Assembly: GCF_009834535.1 (NCBI RefSeq)
Contig: NC_045713.1
Span: forward strand, 13,826,001 to 13,890,000
Length of the DNA: 64,000 nucleotides
Direction: 5' to 3'
Source of the DNA: Camelus ferus
Lineage: Eukaryota
Below the pieces are notes generated by a model. It was not told the origin of the DNA and searched no databases. It saw nothing but the letters and a program-made list of their open reading frames with translations. The position numbers and the translations under genes are program-made. Shown here in pieces: positions 40,131-52,927 of this stretch; within the stretch, counting starts at the first letter, position 1, and each line of letters begins with the position of its first letter.

Positions 40131-40574
40131 CCTCTGGTGATCTAACCTGTACCCCACACATCCCAGCCCATGCTAGGCCAAGGGTCCTCAGTTCCTCAGC
40201 TGGGCAGCTCCAGCATGGAGACAATCTCTTCTTGGTGCCTTTCCCAGGGCAGAGCTGCCTATTTTCTGCCTGGGGCCCTTGAGTCTGTGCTTGGTCTTCC
40301 CTGGAGATTGGCCTTTTGGAGGGAACTGGGTCTGATTCACCTGGGTTTCTGGAATCCAGCACTGGGCTGAGCCACAGAGAATAACTGTACTGGGAGAGCA
40401 CGCACTGTGAGTCTAGGTTTCTAGGACTCTGGACAGCCGTGGGTTAGAGTCTTTGGTCTGCCCGTGGGCAAGTATCCTATCAAATCTGTGCCTCAGTTTC
40501 TGTAACTTCAAAATGGGCATAATTGGTATCTTAAATGAGATCCTGTAAAGCCCTTAGCTTCAAAGAGCTAAATA

Positions 40575-41040
40575 CAACCTTTAAAAGAATAAAAGGAACT
40601 TGTACATAACAGCACTATTCACAACAGTAGAAAGGGTGGAAACAACTCAAATGTGCTAGATGAATAAATAAATCGATCTATCCATATAATGGAGTATTAC
40701 TTAGCCATAAAAATGAATGAAGTTCTGCTGCATGCTACAACCTGGATGAACCTCAAAAACATTATTTCAAGTGAAGGCAACCAGATGCAAAAGACCACAG
40801 GTGTAATTCCATTTATATGAAATGCCCAGAAAAGACAAGTCTATAGAGAAAAAAAATGGTTGCCNNNNNNNNNNNNNNNNNNNNNNNNNNNNNNNNNNNN
40901 NNNNNNNNNNNNNNNNNNNNNNNNNNNNNNNNNNNNNNNNNNNNNNNNNNNNNNNNNNNNNNNNNNNNNNNNNNNNNNNNNNNNNNNNNNNNNNNNNNNA
41001 TTTCATGTGCTTATCACAATTCGAAAACTACAAAAGAATA
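40575..41040 (+). mobile_element. Old L1 3' end spanning an assembly gap
   Basis: L1M motifs before the gap (ggagtattacttagccataaaaatgaatgaag, gtaattccatttatatgaaatgccc) and an A-rich tail after it. Confidence 0.75.
40865..40999. other. Assembly gap (135 N)
   Basis: Run of N. Confidence 1.
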
Positions 41041-41129
41041 CAGGCTTAGTGAAGCTACCCGTGAGCCATCCCCAGCTCGGGTTTTCTCCTATGACTGGGG
41101 TCAACGATTAAAGGTTCTGCCCCCTACAG

Positions 41130-41655
41130 AGGAGGGTGGTGCGGCGCGGCGAGCATCACACTAGAGGTCCGAGCTGAAGCTGTACCCCGGCAGCAGCCCT
41201 CTCGAGCTGGGTTCCTGGCGGGGTACACGCGGCCGCAGCACCCGCCCAGGGGCAGTCCAGTGGAGCAGCCAGTCCACCTCGCCCCTCTCCTCCAGCTAGC
41301 AAGCCTTGAAGCGGCTTCCAGGTCCCAGCCCTAGGTCTTCAGGCGTGGCCACACCCCTACTGTGGCAAGGCGTGCCCCGCAGGTGATTCCCCCCGACTCC
41401 TCCCCTCCGCCTGTCAGTCGGCTCCGCCGTAACCACATCCTTCCCAGGAGTCCCGCCCTGTCTTCTTGAGCCTGGCCCCGCCTCTGCAGTCCCGGGCCAC
41501 ACCCCTAAGGCTCCGCCCCGCCGCCTGCCCGTCAAACCCACCCTGGCCCCGCCCCGTCGTCATCCTCTCTGGGTTCTCTCTCGCTCGCCTTGGCGCGGCC
41601 CGTTGTTATGACGACACGGTCGTAAATCCGCCATCTTCCTGCGGCGCGTTGCGAC
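41130..41655 (+). promoter_or_regulatory. E4F1 CpG-island promoter
   Basis: GC boxes, CRE-like CGTCA/TGACG motifs and YY1-like CCGCCATCTT at 41628-41637 just upstream of the ATG. Confidence 0.75.
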
Positions 41656-44600
41656 ATGGAGGGCGCGATGGCAGTGCGGGTGACGGCCGCGCATACGGCA
41701 GAAGCCCGGGCCGAAGCCGGGCGGGAAGCGGGCGAGGGCGGGGTCGCGGCGGCGTCGGCGGCCTTGGCCCCCGGTGGCTTTCTCGGTCTCCCGGCGCCCT
41801 TTAGCGAGGAAGGTAACAGGGCCGGACCAGGCCGGGCGCGGCTGGGGTGGGGGCAGCTCAGCCCGGGCTGGCGGAGGCCCGGATGGCCTGAGCTACGGAT
41901 GCGGCAGACCCTCCCAGACCCGGTTCCTTGCGGACCTCACGGGTCTCCTCATAGCTTTCCACGAGCCTCCCGGTTTCCTCAGACTCTCGGGCCTCTCCTG
42001 CCTGGCGCCCATCAACCCCGTGGACGCCAGTGCCCATACACGGATACTTACGGCTCTCCAAGCCACCGGGGCTGTCCGTGTAGACCTCCGCGGACGCCTC
42101 CACCGCCAGCCCTGCCCTCAGACTCACGACCCGGCCCCTCTCGGCCTCCCTGTCAGGGCAGGGCCCTGCCCTCCACCGGGCCCCCTCCCACTGCACCTGT
42201 CTGGCCACTAGGGCCCTGGCTGGGGTGTGGCTGGAGGCTCTGGGAGGGCGGGGCCTCGGGTCTTTTCAGGACCCTTGGGGAGGAAGCAGAGCCTAGTGCT
42301 GGAAAGCTGCAGCCAGCTCTGTCCCAGACCAGACACTTTCTAGCTAGTCAATCCTGAGCAGGTGATCACACACCTCCCTGAGCCTCCATGTTCCCTTACA
42401 GAATGGGGATGCTGCTGTTGACGATACAGTATGGAGCATTTCCCATGCATCAGCTTTTTTCATTCTCCAGTCAACCCTGGGTGCCATTATTATTATTGTT
42501 ATTATTATTCCCATTTATTATTATTTTTTACTATTGTTCCCATGAGGAAAACTGAGGTTCAAAGATGTGAAAGTGACCAGGTCATCCAGCTAGTAAGTGT
42601 CAAGGACTGGTTGGGTGCCAGAATTGTGTGACTACTCAACTCACTCCCTTAACTTCTGGGTTCTGCTGCCTCATAGGATGGTGGTGAGAATCAAAAGAGA
42701 GTATGTATGTAAATCTCTGAGAACAGTGCTGGTGACATATCAAGGGCTCATTCACAGGGGCACTGATAGCTTTTGAAGACAGAACTCTTGTCTCTGCCCT
42801 CAGAACTTGTCCCATGAGGTTGTAGACTGGACCAGGCAGGGGGAGTTGGCTGGTGATATCAGGGAGGTGGTCTTTGTCCTTACAGAATTTGTGTTCTCAG
42901 TGCATTTTTTCTTGCTCCTTATTCCAACTTGGGGAGGGGCAGTACCACAGAGGGCAGTGCCAACCTGGAGAGGGGTCCTTTTTGAGGTTGCTGTGCCCAG
43001 ATAAGGTTTGCCATGGCTTTATCTCAGGGTTACATAGGCTGGGCCTGTCCCCTTCTGTGGTGGGGATTCCTTCAATGGCAACGTGTTGGTGCTGAGTCAG
43101 ACTCGGTGAGTGGGATGGGAGGAGGGTAGCAGGCACCTGAGTGCTTGGCTTGTGACTGTCAGCCATGTGGAGGGGACTGCCCTTTGTCAGGTGGCCTCCT
43201 GTGCATGAGTCATGGATGCCATTTGGCCTTTTTATCATTAATTCAATAGCCATTGACTGAGCTCTTTCTAGACTCTAAGCCTGGGTTTGACCTTGATGTG
43301 GGACTGCATGTGAGGTGGTGGGAGCTGACAGACTTCTAAGAAAGCAGAAGGAACATCCCCCATCTCTTGGTGCGAATGGTAGGGTGTCTGGAGTAGACCC
43401 TCAGGTTTAGGTTCTGGCCTCAACACTTACCATCTGGGTGGCCTTGAATCTCAAGTTGTTTTCTAGAGTAGGAATAGTCATTTCCATTTCCTCAGGGTGC
43501 TGGCAGATTTGGTGATGTCCCCAGTGAGGTGGCTGGCACACAGTAGGGGACTCAGTGAGCAGGAAGTCTCTCCTGCAGGACCTGGGGCAAGCAATGGCTA
43601 GTTGGCCCAGATGGTTGAGGGGCTCAGCTGTGGTGGCCCTGAGGTGTGGAGCCCCTCTGGCAAGTTCCACCTTGGGCAACTTCACCAGAGTAGGGAGATG
43701 CTGCCTGTTTGAAACTAGTGAAGCACCAAGTCAGAGTGAAAACAGAGTGGTCATGGGTCAGGGTGCCCCACCTCCCCAACGTTTGCCGAGGGCTGGCCTT
43801 CCAGCTAGAGCCCTGTGAGAAGCAGCCCACTAACCCCCTTGTGCCCTGCACACACATATACTGAGTCAGCCCATTTTACAGATGAGAAAACGGATCCAGA
43901 CATGGTCACTGAGGTGCCCAGGATCACATGCAAGCCCCAATAGTCTTAAACCCTAATCCTCCACTGTCCCCGGACGGGCTTGGGTGAATCTCTCTGCCTC
44001 CCAGCTACTCCCTGGGCCTCCCTCTCCCCTCGTTTCTGAAGTAGGGGCTTTAGATCCCTGCAGTCTTAAGTGTCTGGTCAGGACCACACCCCGCTGGATG
44101 GTGCTTTCCCCGAGATGGGCACTGCTTCTGCAGACCTCCAGGGGATTTTCTCAGAGTGTTCTCAGCCCCTTTGGGAGGGCTGGGCAAGGTGCCTCTGGTT
44201 CTCATTCCACCCTTGGGTGGATTTGGCTGGATCTGGAGTCTCCCTCAGGCCCCACTGATGCAGGCTCATTGCAGATGAGGATGATGTGCACAGATGCGGC
44301 CGCTGCCAGGCAGAGTTCACCACCTTGGAGGACTTTGTTCAGCACAAGCTGCAAAAGGTCTGCCAACGGGTCCCTCAGGAAGCCCTGCCTGCCACCCCTG
44401 CTGCTGCTGCACTGCTGGGCCAGGAGGTGAGGCCCCCCCTACCCCGCCATTGCACATGTGCATGCGCACACCCCTGGGTGCCCTGCTCCCTGGGCTCACC
44501 AGACAGCAGGAGGAGGAGTAGGAGGTGACGTGCTGGGCTAGACCTGTGCAGCTGGGTCCCTCTGACACGGGGCGGGCAGAGGGCAGGCATCCATTTATGG

Positions 44601-47600
44601 GTTGGGGAACTCCTGGCGGTACTCTGGGGTTTCCTGGATGGCCTGGGATGGCTGGTCTTCTTAGCAGCCTCTGGCTGAAGCCTAGGGGCCTGGGGTCGCT
44701 CCTTTCTTGGAGCCCAAGGACCTGTCTTGGTTCAGCAGTACTGTGGTGGCTTTTGTCCTTTTGTCTTGTCTCCTGTCCTGTATATACAGTTCCTGGGGAG
44801 TCCACAAACAAAGTGTGGCTCTGTGGGTCCCCGCACCCTGTCACACAAATGGCCAACTTGGTTGTGCCCCATGGGCCCGGGGCTGTGCACACACAGTCTT
44901 ATTGAGTCCATAGCATCCCCAAGGTCTGGATACACTCGTCATCCTCATCATATGAAAGTGGGAAAGGAGACTCTGAGAGAAGTCGGTTGCCTCAGGTCAC
45001 CCCAGGGAGTGGTCCAGAGGACAGTGGGCCCAGAGTTGTCTCACTCTGACCCTGTGCTCTTTTCCTGCCCCTCCCAGAGGTGTCCTCTCCTCCAGGAAGG
45101 CCCCAGGCCCCACATCCCTTGGGCCCTTTCCCCTGATCCCCTGGCTGGGGCTGGTGGGTGTAGGTACTCACCTTCCTCTCTGCAGAGCCAGCAGAGCTTC
45201 ATACTGGAGCTTCTGGTCACTTCGTCCTGGAGTCCTCCTTGAGGGTGATCAGGGCTCCACATGGGGTTCTCGGTGGCCAGAGGCATTAGAGTGATGGGGC
45301 TGACCCTCAGGCCTGGGTGGAAGGGTGCAGGCTGGGAGTCAGGCTCAGAGTGGTGTTCCATTGTGGGAGATGAGAGCCCCCAACCAGCTGTCCACCTGGA
45401 CATAAACCGAAGCCTGCGTCCTCCAAGCCAAAGGAGCTTTGGAGCCCTGCAAACGAGTCTTCTCTGTCCTGTCCCCCATTGGTAGGTGGTGCCGGCAGCA
45501 GCAGGCCCAGAGGAACCCATCACCGTGGCCCACATTGTGGTGGAGGCGGCTGCTCTAACGGCCGACATCAGCCACACACCTGACATTGTCGGTAAGCTGG
45601 CTTGGCCTCACTGTGGCTGTTCATGTTGAGGCATCTCTGACCTGGTAGCTGTCCCTGGTCAAGGTTAGAGGTTGGGGACCTCTGCTGCCCATATCCCTCT
45701 TCTCCCAAGAGCAAGGCCTGGCCAGGGAGGGGCTGAGGCCTTTTGTACACCTTCCCCAGGGCAGGGCCTGCGGGAAGAGCAAGCATAGGGCACCAGGTCC
45801 TGCCCTGCTAGGAAAGGGAGAGCCCAGAGCCTGGGCCTCTGGGAGTCTTCACTTTGTATGTGATCAGGAGCTGGCTGCTCTCTCCTGCAGCTTCGCCAGA
45901 CTGTTTCTGCCCTGGTCCTTCGAGAATCTTCCCCTTTTTTCTGCCTCCTCCCCTCCTCCTTCCATAGTCAGCTCTGGAGGGTTGGTTGAGGTATGCGTGG
46001 GCTGTACCTGCTGCTCCAACTCACCCCTGACCTTGGCCTTCACCTCCCTAGTGCTCACTCCCTCTGGCGTAGGGGTGATGATTCCTCACCTGATTCTCAC
46101 ATGGCTTTTAAGAGCGTACAACGCCAAGTCAGGCTCTTTGATGGCTCTTTTAAAGTGCTCCACTCATGTGCTGTAGGGGAGGGGGTGTTGAGAGGTCTGG
46201 GTTGGGTCAATATTCGTTAATAGGGGACTGGTGAGCGTGCAGCTGGGACATTCAAAGGGTAGCTCGAGGGAGCAGGGTCTGGGTGTGAGCATGGCAGTGG
46301 AGGGATGATGCTGTGGGAGGCTGGGAAAGGAATGGGCAAGGGCCTGGACAGGGATGAGAGTAAGCAGCTGGACAGGAAGCAGGTTTGGGCAACAGGTAGA
46401 ACTTGACCTTGGGAAACACTTGGGACCAGCTGGGCAGGAAGAAAGGGTGGAGGAGACCTCGGGGGAGGGAAACCTCAGAGCAGGTTGTTCTGCCGAAGTC
46501 CCACCTCAAGGAGGCAGCAGGACAGCTGTCTCTCTCGCCCACTGTCTTTCCCCTGACATTCCTGCGGACAAGGACAGTTGACTGTTGCCACTCTGGTATA
46601 GGAATATTGTCTTGTGGGAGGTGGGGCCATGCTCCAGCCCTGGTGTTGTAGTTTCTGGTGTGGGTGGTGTCATATGGGAAAACACATTCCCTGGGTTCAG
46701 ACAGCATCTCCAGGCTCTGGCCTCCTGGGTAGCCGGGCCCTTCCAGCCATCCGGCCTCCAGCTGACCCACGCCCAAGCCTGGGCTGCTCCTTGTGCTCTA
46801 GGGGCTCCTCTCTGGGCACCCCCTGCTTCTCTTGCACCTTGGGAGTTTCCCCTTTGCAGGCATCCTAGGTGCCCCACATGTCCCCTTGGTGTCAGCTGCT
46901 CAGTGATCTGGAGCCTAGGGTTGGCCAGAGTCCTAAACCACCAGCCGCCAGCATCCCATGGCTTGGGGGTCCTCACTCCTCACTGGACTGGGGGCACAGT
47001 TTGCAGTGGCTACATAGGGGCTGGATACCTATTCCAGGCCCTCCTGCCTCTTCCCATCCCTGGAAATAAACTTGCACTTCATCTCTGGACTCAGGGCAGC
47101 CATGTTCCCCCCTTTCCTGACCCCTCACACTCAAACTCAAGTCCAAGCCTGGCAGAAATCCCTGTTTTTTTGGAAGTTCGCTTTCTGGGCGGAGGGAAAA
47201 TAAAGCTTCAGGCGCATCAGCCAGGGCATGACAGGGATGCCCTTAATTCTTAGTCACCGTGCTTCCATTCAGTTTGGAGAGAATGGCTTGTCAAAACACA
47301 ACGCCAGCCTGACTGAGATGGTTTCTAAGAAGCAGCTTCACAACCGTTTCCCACACGTCATTTTTTTTGAACAGAAAATGCAAAGTGTGTTTACAGCTTG
47401 GCTTCGCACATTGTCAGATTTCTTTAACACCCATGAGAACTGCAAAAGCCCAGCTTCCTTCCTCAGGGTGTCCCAGGCATGTGGAGAGTGTTCCCTCTTG
47501 CAGGCCGGGGCCCTGGCCCGCCTGCCTTGGAACTGAAGCCTTTTCCCTCTTTTGTCAGCAGGAGCCGGGGCAGCAAGCAGGGCAGACGGCCGTGAGCTGG

Positions 47601-50600
47601 CCTGTCCACTGCCTCCACGCCAGCATTCTGCTGCCCTTGGAGATGGCAGGACCCCTGTGTGCTCCTCTTGACTTAGGGGAGGGGGCATCTGTGTCCATGG
47701 TGCATCTCCCTACCAGACACATTCTGGAGGCCTGGAGCTCCTCTGGGCAGCTCCACGGAGTTGGAGGGGAGTGCCTCCCACCTGTTCAGGCTGAGTGGGT
47801 GCCATGACCTGGGCCTTGGTCAGTATAGCTCTGCCGCGTCTCGGCAGTGTCCTTGGACTGGGATCCCAGGAGGTGGCAGGGCCCATGGCGACCCGAGGCT
47901 CAGGCTGATCCGCCTCTCCTCAGGTGGCGGACACATCAAAGAGGTCATTGTGGCCGCTGAGGCAGAGCCAGGGGACAGCGAGATGGCAGAGGCCCCGGGC
48001 AGCCCTAGCCATCAGGGTCCCGGGCCCGCTGGGGAGGGCGAGCAGGCCCAGGTCAAGCTGCTGGTGAACAAGGATGGCCGCTACGTGTGCACACTGTGCC
48101 ACAAGACCTTCAAGACGGTGAGCCCCCGGGCCTTGGGCCGACCAGTCCACAACCTGGTGTGCTTGGAGCTATGCCTGCTTGGGGGCCAGGCCTCTTTGCC
48201 AGTTCTGCCCAGGGAGGTACCTGAACCTCACTGCCCCTCCTCACAGGGCAGCATCCTCAAGGCCCACATGGTCACTCACAGCAGCCGCAAGGACCATGAG
48301 TGCAAACTGTGTGGGGCCTCCTTCCGGACCAAGGGCTCGCTCATCCGGCACCACCGGCGGCACACAGGTGAGTGGCCTTGGGGCCAGGAGTGCATGGCAC
48401 ACTGCTGCTGGTCCTGTGGGGCCCTGGCTCCTGGTGCTGGTGGGGCTGTGGCTCAAGGCCTGACTTCCCCTTGGTGCCAGGCCATTGTCCCCACCCGAGA
48501 CTGACTCTGTTCTCTCTGCAGATGAGCGCCCCTATAAGTGCGCCAAGTGTGGGAAGAGCTTCCGGGAGTCGGGTGCGCTGACCCGGCACCTCAAGTCTCT
48601 CACCCCGTGCACGGAAAAAATCCGCTTCAGCATGAGCAAAGATGTGGTTGTCAGCAAAGAGGACGCTCCTGCAGGTCAGCATGGTAGAAGTCTCCCTGCC
48701 CTGGCCCTGGCTGCTCTCCGGGTGCCACCTTGGTTGGGTGTTTCTTCAAGGACTCTCTCGGTTCTGCCTTAAAGGGTCTGGCACCTCCACCATGGGGACT
48801 GTTACATCATCATCAGTGACAGGCGAGCCCATGGAGACGTCGCCTGTGATTCACCTGGTGACAGATGCCAAGGGCACTGTTATCCACGAAGTCCATGTCC
48901 AGATGCAAGAGCTTCCCCTGGGCATGAAAGCTCTCGCCCCAGAGGTGGGGGCAGGTCAGGGGGCGGCCTTTGTCTGCTCAGCACTGGGCATGGTTCTGGG
49001 CACTGGCTCCAGTGGGACTAGGACTGACCTGGGCCTGCCTTCCTGGCACCCAGTCTGGTTGCAGGGGAGATGGGAGACCCTTGGTATGCTAGAGGGCAGG
49101 GAGGGGCGAGGTAGACTGAGCTGGGGATGAGGTGGGGAGGCGAGGGCAGGTGGAGTGGGCTGTGGGGCTCCCAGGGGTATTCCTGAGTGAAGATCCTGGG
49201 TGTGGACAGTGGCCCCCAGGGCCACTTGGGGCTGCCCTGTGCAGTGGTGGCAGGTGGGTGCTGTGTGTTGGGCTGCCTGGCCAGCCCCTTCCATCTGCCT
49301 CCCCTGCAGCCCCCTGGCCCCGAGGAGCTTCCTTGTTCCAGTGAGGGCAGCCGTGAGAACCTGCTGCACCAGGCCATGCAGAACTCTGGCATCGTCCTTG
49401 AGCGGGTTGCTGGGGAGGAGGGAGCCCTGGAGCCAGCCCCTCCCACTGCGGCCAGCCCCCAGCCCCTGGGAGACAGTCCCCCAGAACTGCCGCTGCTGGA
49501 GGTGGAGCAAGTGGAGACAGTAGGTGCCTGCCCTGCCAGTGTGCTCCTTCTGGGCGGCTGGACCTTGGGTATGGAGTCACCATGCTGGCCTGGCTGCCAC
49601 CTGCCTCCTTGTGCTCCCTGCTCCCTGTGGTAGAAAGTTGCATCACTTTCTGCATTGATTTTGTTCCCTGATCTGTTTACTGCCTTCCTGGGGCCCATGA
49701 TGGAGCCTACCAGGGTGGGGGTGCCTCAGGTCTGTCCTCGTTACTGCTGGGGCCCAGCCTGCAGCAGGCACTGGAGGCATGCTTTGCTCTCCCAGCAGGT
49801 GGCCAATGAGACCTCAGCTGTGCCCAGGACCCACCCATGCCCTCAGTGCAGTGAGACCTTCCCAACGGCGGCTACCCTGGAGGCCCACAAGAGGGGCCAT
49901 GCAGGTGGGAGGCAGGATGGTGGGGCACCAGGCAGTGGATGGCCTGTGGGTAGCCAGGAGGTGCCCTTGGGTGTGCAGTCAGGGTGGTCTGTGGGCAGGT
50001 GGCGGGCGGCTGGGGTCAGGCCCTTGGGTGGTGGACCTGGCCTGATATCAAGTGTGGCCCCAGGCCCGAGGCCGTTCACGTGCATGCAGTGTGGCAAGGC
50101 CTTCCCCAAGGCCTACCTGCTCAAGAAGCACCAGGAGGTGCACGTGCACGAGCGCCGCTTCCGCTGTGGGGACTGTGGGAAGCTCTATAAGACCATCGCC
50201 CACGTCCGTGGCCACCGGCGCGTCCACTCGGATGAGAGGCCCTATCCTTGTCCCGAGTGTGGCAAGCGTTACAAGACCAAGGTGGGCCTCTTGACCCTGG
50301 CACCTGACTCCTGCCACCACCCACCCCCCATCCCAAATCTGTGGGCTCTTCACTCCCTGAGCCATACTTGTCTTGTTTCCTGCCCCAGACCTCCCTCATC
50401 TCCCTCTCACCCCCAGCCTTCTCAGTCTTGGCCTGGGCCCTCACCCCTTGCCCATGGACCCCCTCCCTCGGTTCCAGAGGTGGGCTGGGAAAGCCGAGTT
50501 CTGAGCTATGGCCGAGGCCAGGTTGGCATTGACAGTGGGTCTCCACAGAATGCCCAGCAGGTGCACTTCCGGACCCACCTGGAGGAGAAGCCGCATGTGT

Positions 50601-51551
50601 GCCCATTCTGCAGCCGAGGCTTCCGGGAGAAAGGCTCACTGGTGCGGCACGTGCGGCACCACACGGGCGAGAAGCCCTTCAAGTGCTACAAGTGTGGCCG
50701 TGGCTTTGCGGAACACGGTACCCTTAACCGGCACCTGCGCACCAAAGGTTGGGGCCAGAGCGGGGCAGCGAGAAGGGCGAGGGGCTGCAGTCGGCCAGTC
50801 CTGACTGAGGGGCGCTGTGGCTGTCCCCACTGCAGGGGGCTGCCTGCTGGAGGTAGAGGAGTTGCTGGTGTCTGAGGAGAGCCCCGCGGCAGCCGCCACC
50901 GTCCTTGCAGAAGACCCACACACTGTGTTGGTTGAGTTCTCATCTGTGGTGGCCGACACCCAGGAGTACATCATTGAGGTGGGTGTGGGGCCGCTGGGGC
51001 TGGGTTGGGGCCCAGGGGCGGGCAAGGCTGAACTCTGATGCTCCATCCAGGCCACCGCGGATGATGCGGAGACCAGTGAAGCCACAGAGATCATCGAGGG
51101 CACCCAGACAGAGGTGAGGGGCTCGGGGAAGGGTGGGGAGGGGCGGCCTGCACCCTCACCCAGACTCATTGGCTGAGCCATGAGCCCCCCGCAGGTAGAC
51201 AGCCACATCATGAAGGTGGTGCAGCAGATCGTGCACCAGGCCAGCGCCGGGCACCAGATTATTGTGCAGAACGTGACCATGGACCAGGAGGCGGAGCTGG
51301 GACCGGAGGCGGCTGCTGCGGACACCATCACCATTGCCACCCCTGAAAGCCTGACAGAGCAGGTGGCCATGACACTGGCCTCGGCCATCAGTGAAGGCAC
51401 TGTGCTCACAGCCCGCTCGGGCACAAATGGTGCCGAGCAGGCCACTGTGACCATGGTTTCATCGGAGGACATTGAGATCCTGGAGCATGCAGGCGAGCTG
51501 GTCATCGCCTCGCCGGAGGGCCAGCTCGAGGTGCAGACGGTCATCGTCTAG
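41656..51551 (+). CDS. E4F1: Transcription factor E4F1 (C2H2 zinc fingers, atypical E3 ligase), 783 aa
   Basis: Exons 41656-41812, 44275-44426, 45486-45591, 47924-48117, 48247-48367, 48522-48674, 48775-48944, 49310-49519, 49796-49904, 50064-50281, 50549-50747, 50836-50978, 51051-51113, 51195-51551 total 2352 nt, open; MEGAMAVRVTAAH...LEVQTVIV*. Confidence 0.97.
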
Positions 51552-51715
51552 CATGGGTGCCTGCAGGGTCCCAGTGGGCTGGGCTGAGGCAGGGCGCGGG
51601 GACCCTGAGTGCCCTGCCCACACCTGCCTGGCTGAGTACAGAGAAGATGGGGCACAGACTTAAGGTGTTCAGGGGAGATGTGAGAGTGTAAATACAGAGT
51701 TTTTGGTTGCTTTAC

Positions 51716-51721
51716 AATAAA
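51716..51721 (+). terminator. Poly(A) signal of E4F1
   Basis: AATAAA about 165 nt after the stop. Confidence 0.85.
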
Positions 51722-52927
51722 ACGTAGAAACCCGCCGCTTGTGATGTTGCGGCAGTGGCAGCCTCGGGGGCTGGTGCCACTGCCCTGGCAGGTTCCCCTC
51801 TGGCAGCCACTGCATGCCCAGGCCACTCTATACTCTAGTGTCTGGTCACCCCACCCAGGGCTGCCCACGGGGCTGGCGGCACCTTGGTGGTGCGTAGGTG
51901 TTATTGGCATGTGGACAGGCAGCCTCCTGCCACTGCCCTGCCCAGCTGGAGCTGTGACCCCAACCTCCTTGAGTCCTGCCGAGGTAGGGGGAAGGGGGTG
52001 CTGCTTCCCAGCCTCCAACCCTGGGGCTGCGCTGGGGCTGAGGAATGAGGCTGGACAACCAGGAGCCTTGGCTTTTTACCCTGAGGGGACGGGTAGGAGA
52101 TATGGGGCAGGAGGAATGGGGCTGGTCTTTCCTGCCTGTGCTGCCTTGTTTCCCTGAGGGGGTGCAGCTTGAGGAGGGAGATTCTGGGTGACCTAGTTTC
52201 TCCAGGGCGGGGATGAGAGCAAGGCCTGGACCATGGGCATGGCTGGTTGGTCCTCTTCCCCAGTCCTGATGCAGCTTGTGGGCAGACAGGGCCTTCTGAG
52301 TCTGTTCTGACAGGCGTGGGGGCAGCAGAGCAGTCTCAGGGTGGATGTCCTGCTGCCTTGTCCTGGGGTGAGGGTAGAGGTGGGGGGGTCTCCTGGGAAT
52401 GGGAGCTGGGACTTACAGTGTCCAAATTAGTGGAGGGGGCGGGACCCAGCACAGTCTGGCCCCTCCCTGGACCAGGGCTTCAAATTACCACCAAGTTGGG
52501 GTGCCAGCGCTGCTGCTGGACCGAGCCCTTGAAGTCTGTTCACTCTCAGCCTGGACCTCAGATCTTCACTGGGACCCAGATCCTGAGCCTCTGACAGGCC
52601 TATCCACATCCCTCAGGTGAGTCTGGGGGTGGGGCTGAGCTGGGTTGGGGGGCTAGATGGGAATGGGGTCTTAATATTTGGGCCTCAGTTTTCCCATGGA
52701 GTAGGATGGTCATGGGCGGAGAGCCAAGCCTACCACCCTGGGGAGACTGGAGAGCAGCATGGGAAAGATGTGCCCTCGTGCCAGCCAGCAATGGGTGGCA
52801 GAACCTGTCCAGTCCCCCGTTCCCCTGAGCCCCTGCAGCCGGGTCAGAGAGGAGTGGGCCGATGTGTCCAACTCTAAATCTGCGCTCAAGCGGGCTGTGT
52901 CTGTCCTAAGCTGGCCCGCTCTGTACC

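Noticed and set aside
47065-47204. Two sense AATAAA hexamers in E4F1 intron 3 (possible intronic polyadenylation)
   Set aside because: No downstream GU/U-rich element is evident, and chance hexamers are common.
47228-47536. 102-aa ORF with protein-like composition in E4F1 intron 3
   Set aside because: No recognisable family and no convincing splice pair that keeps the E4F1 frame.
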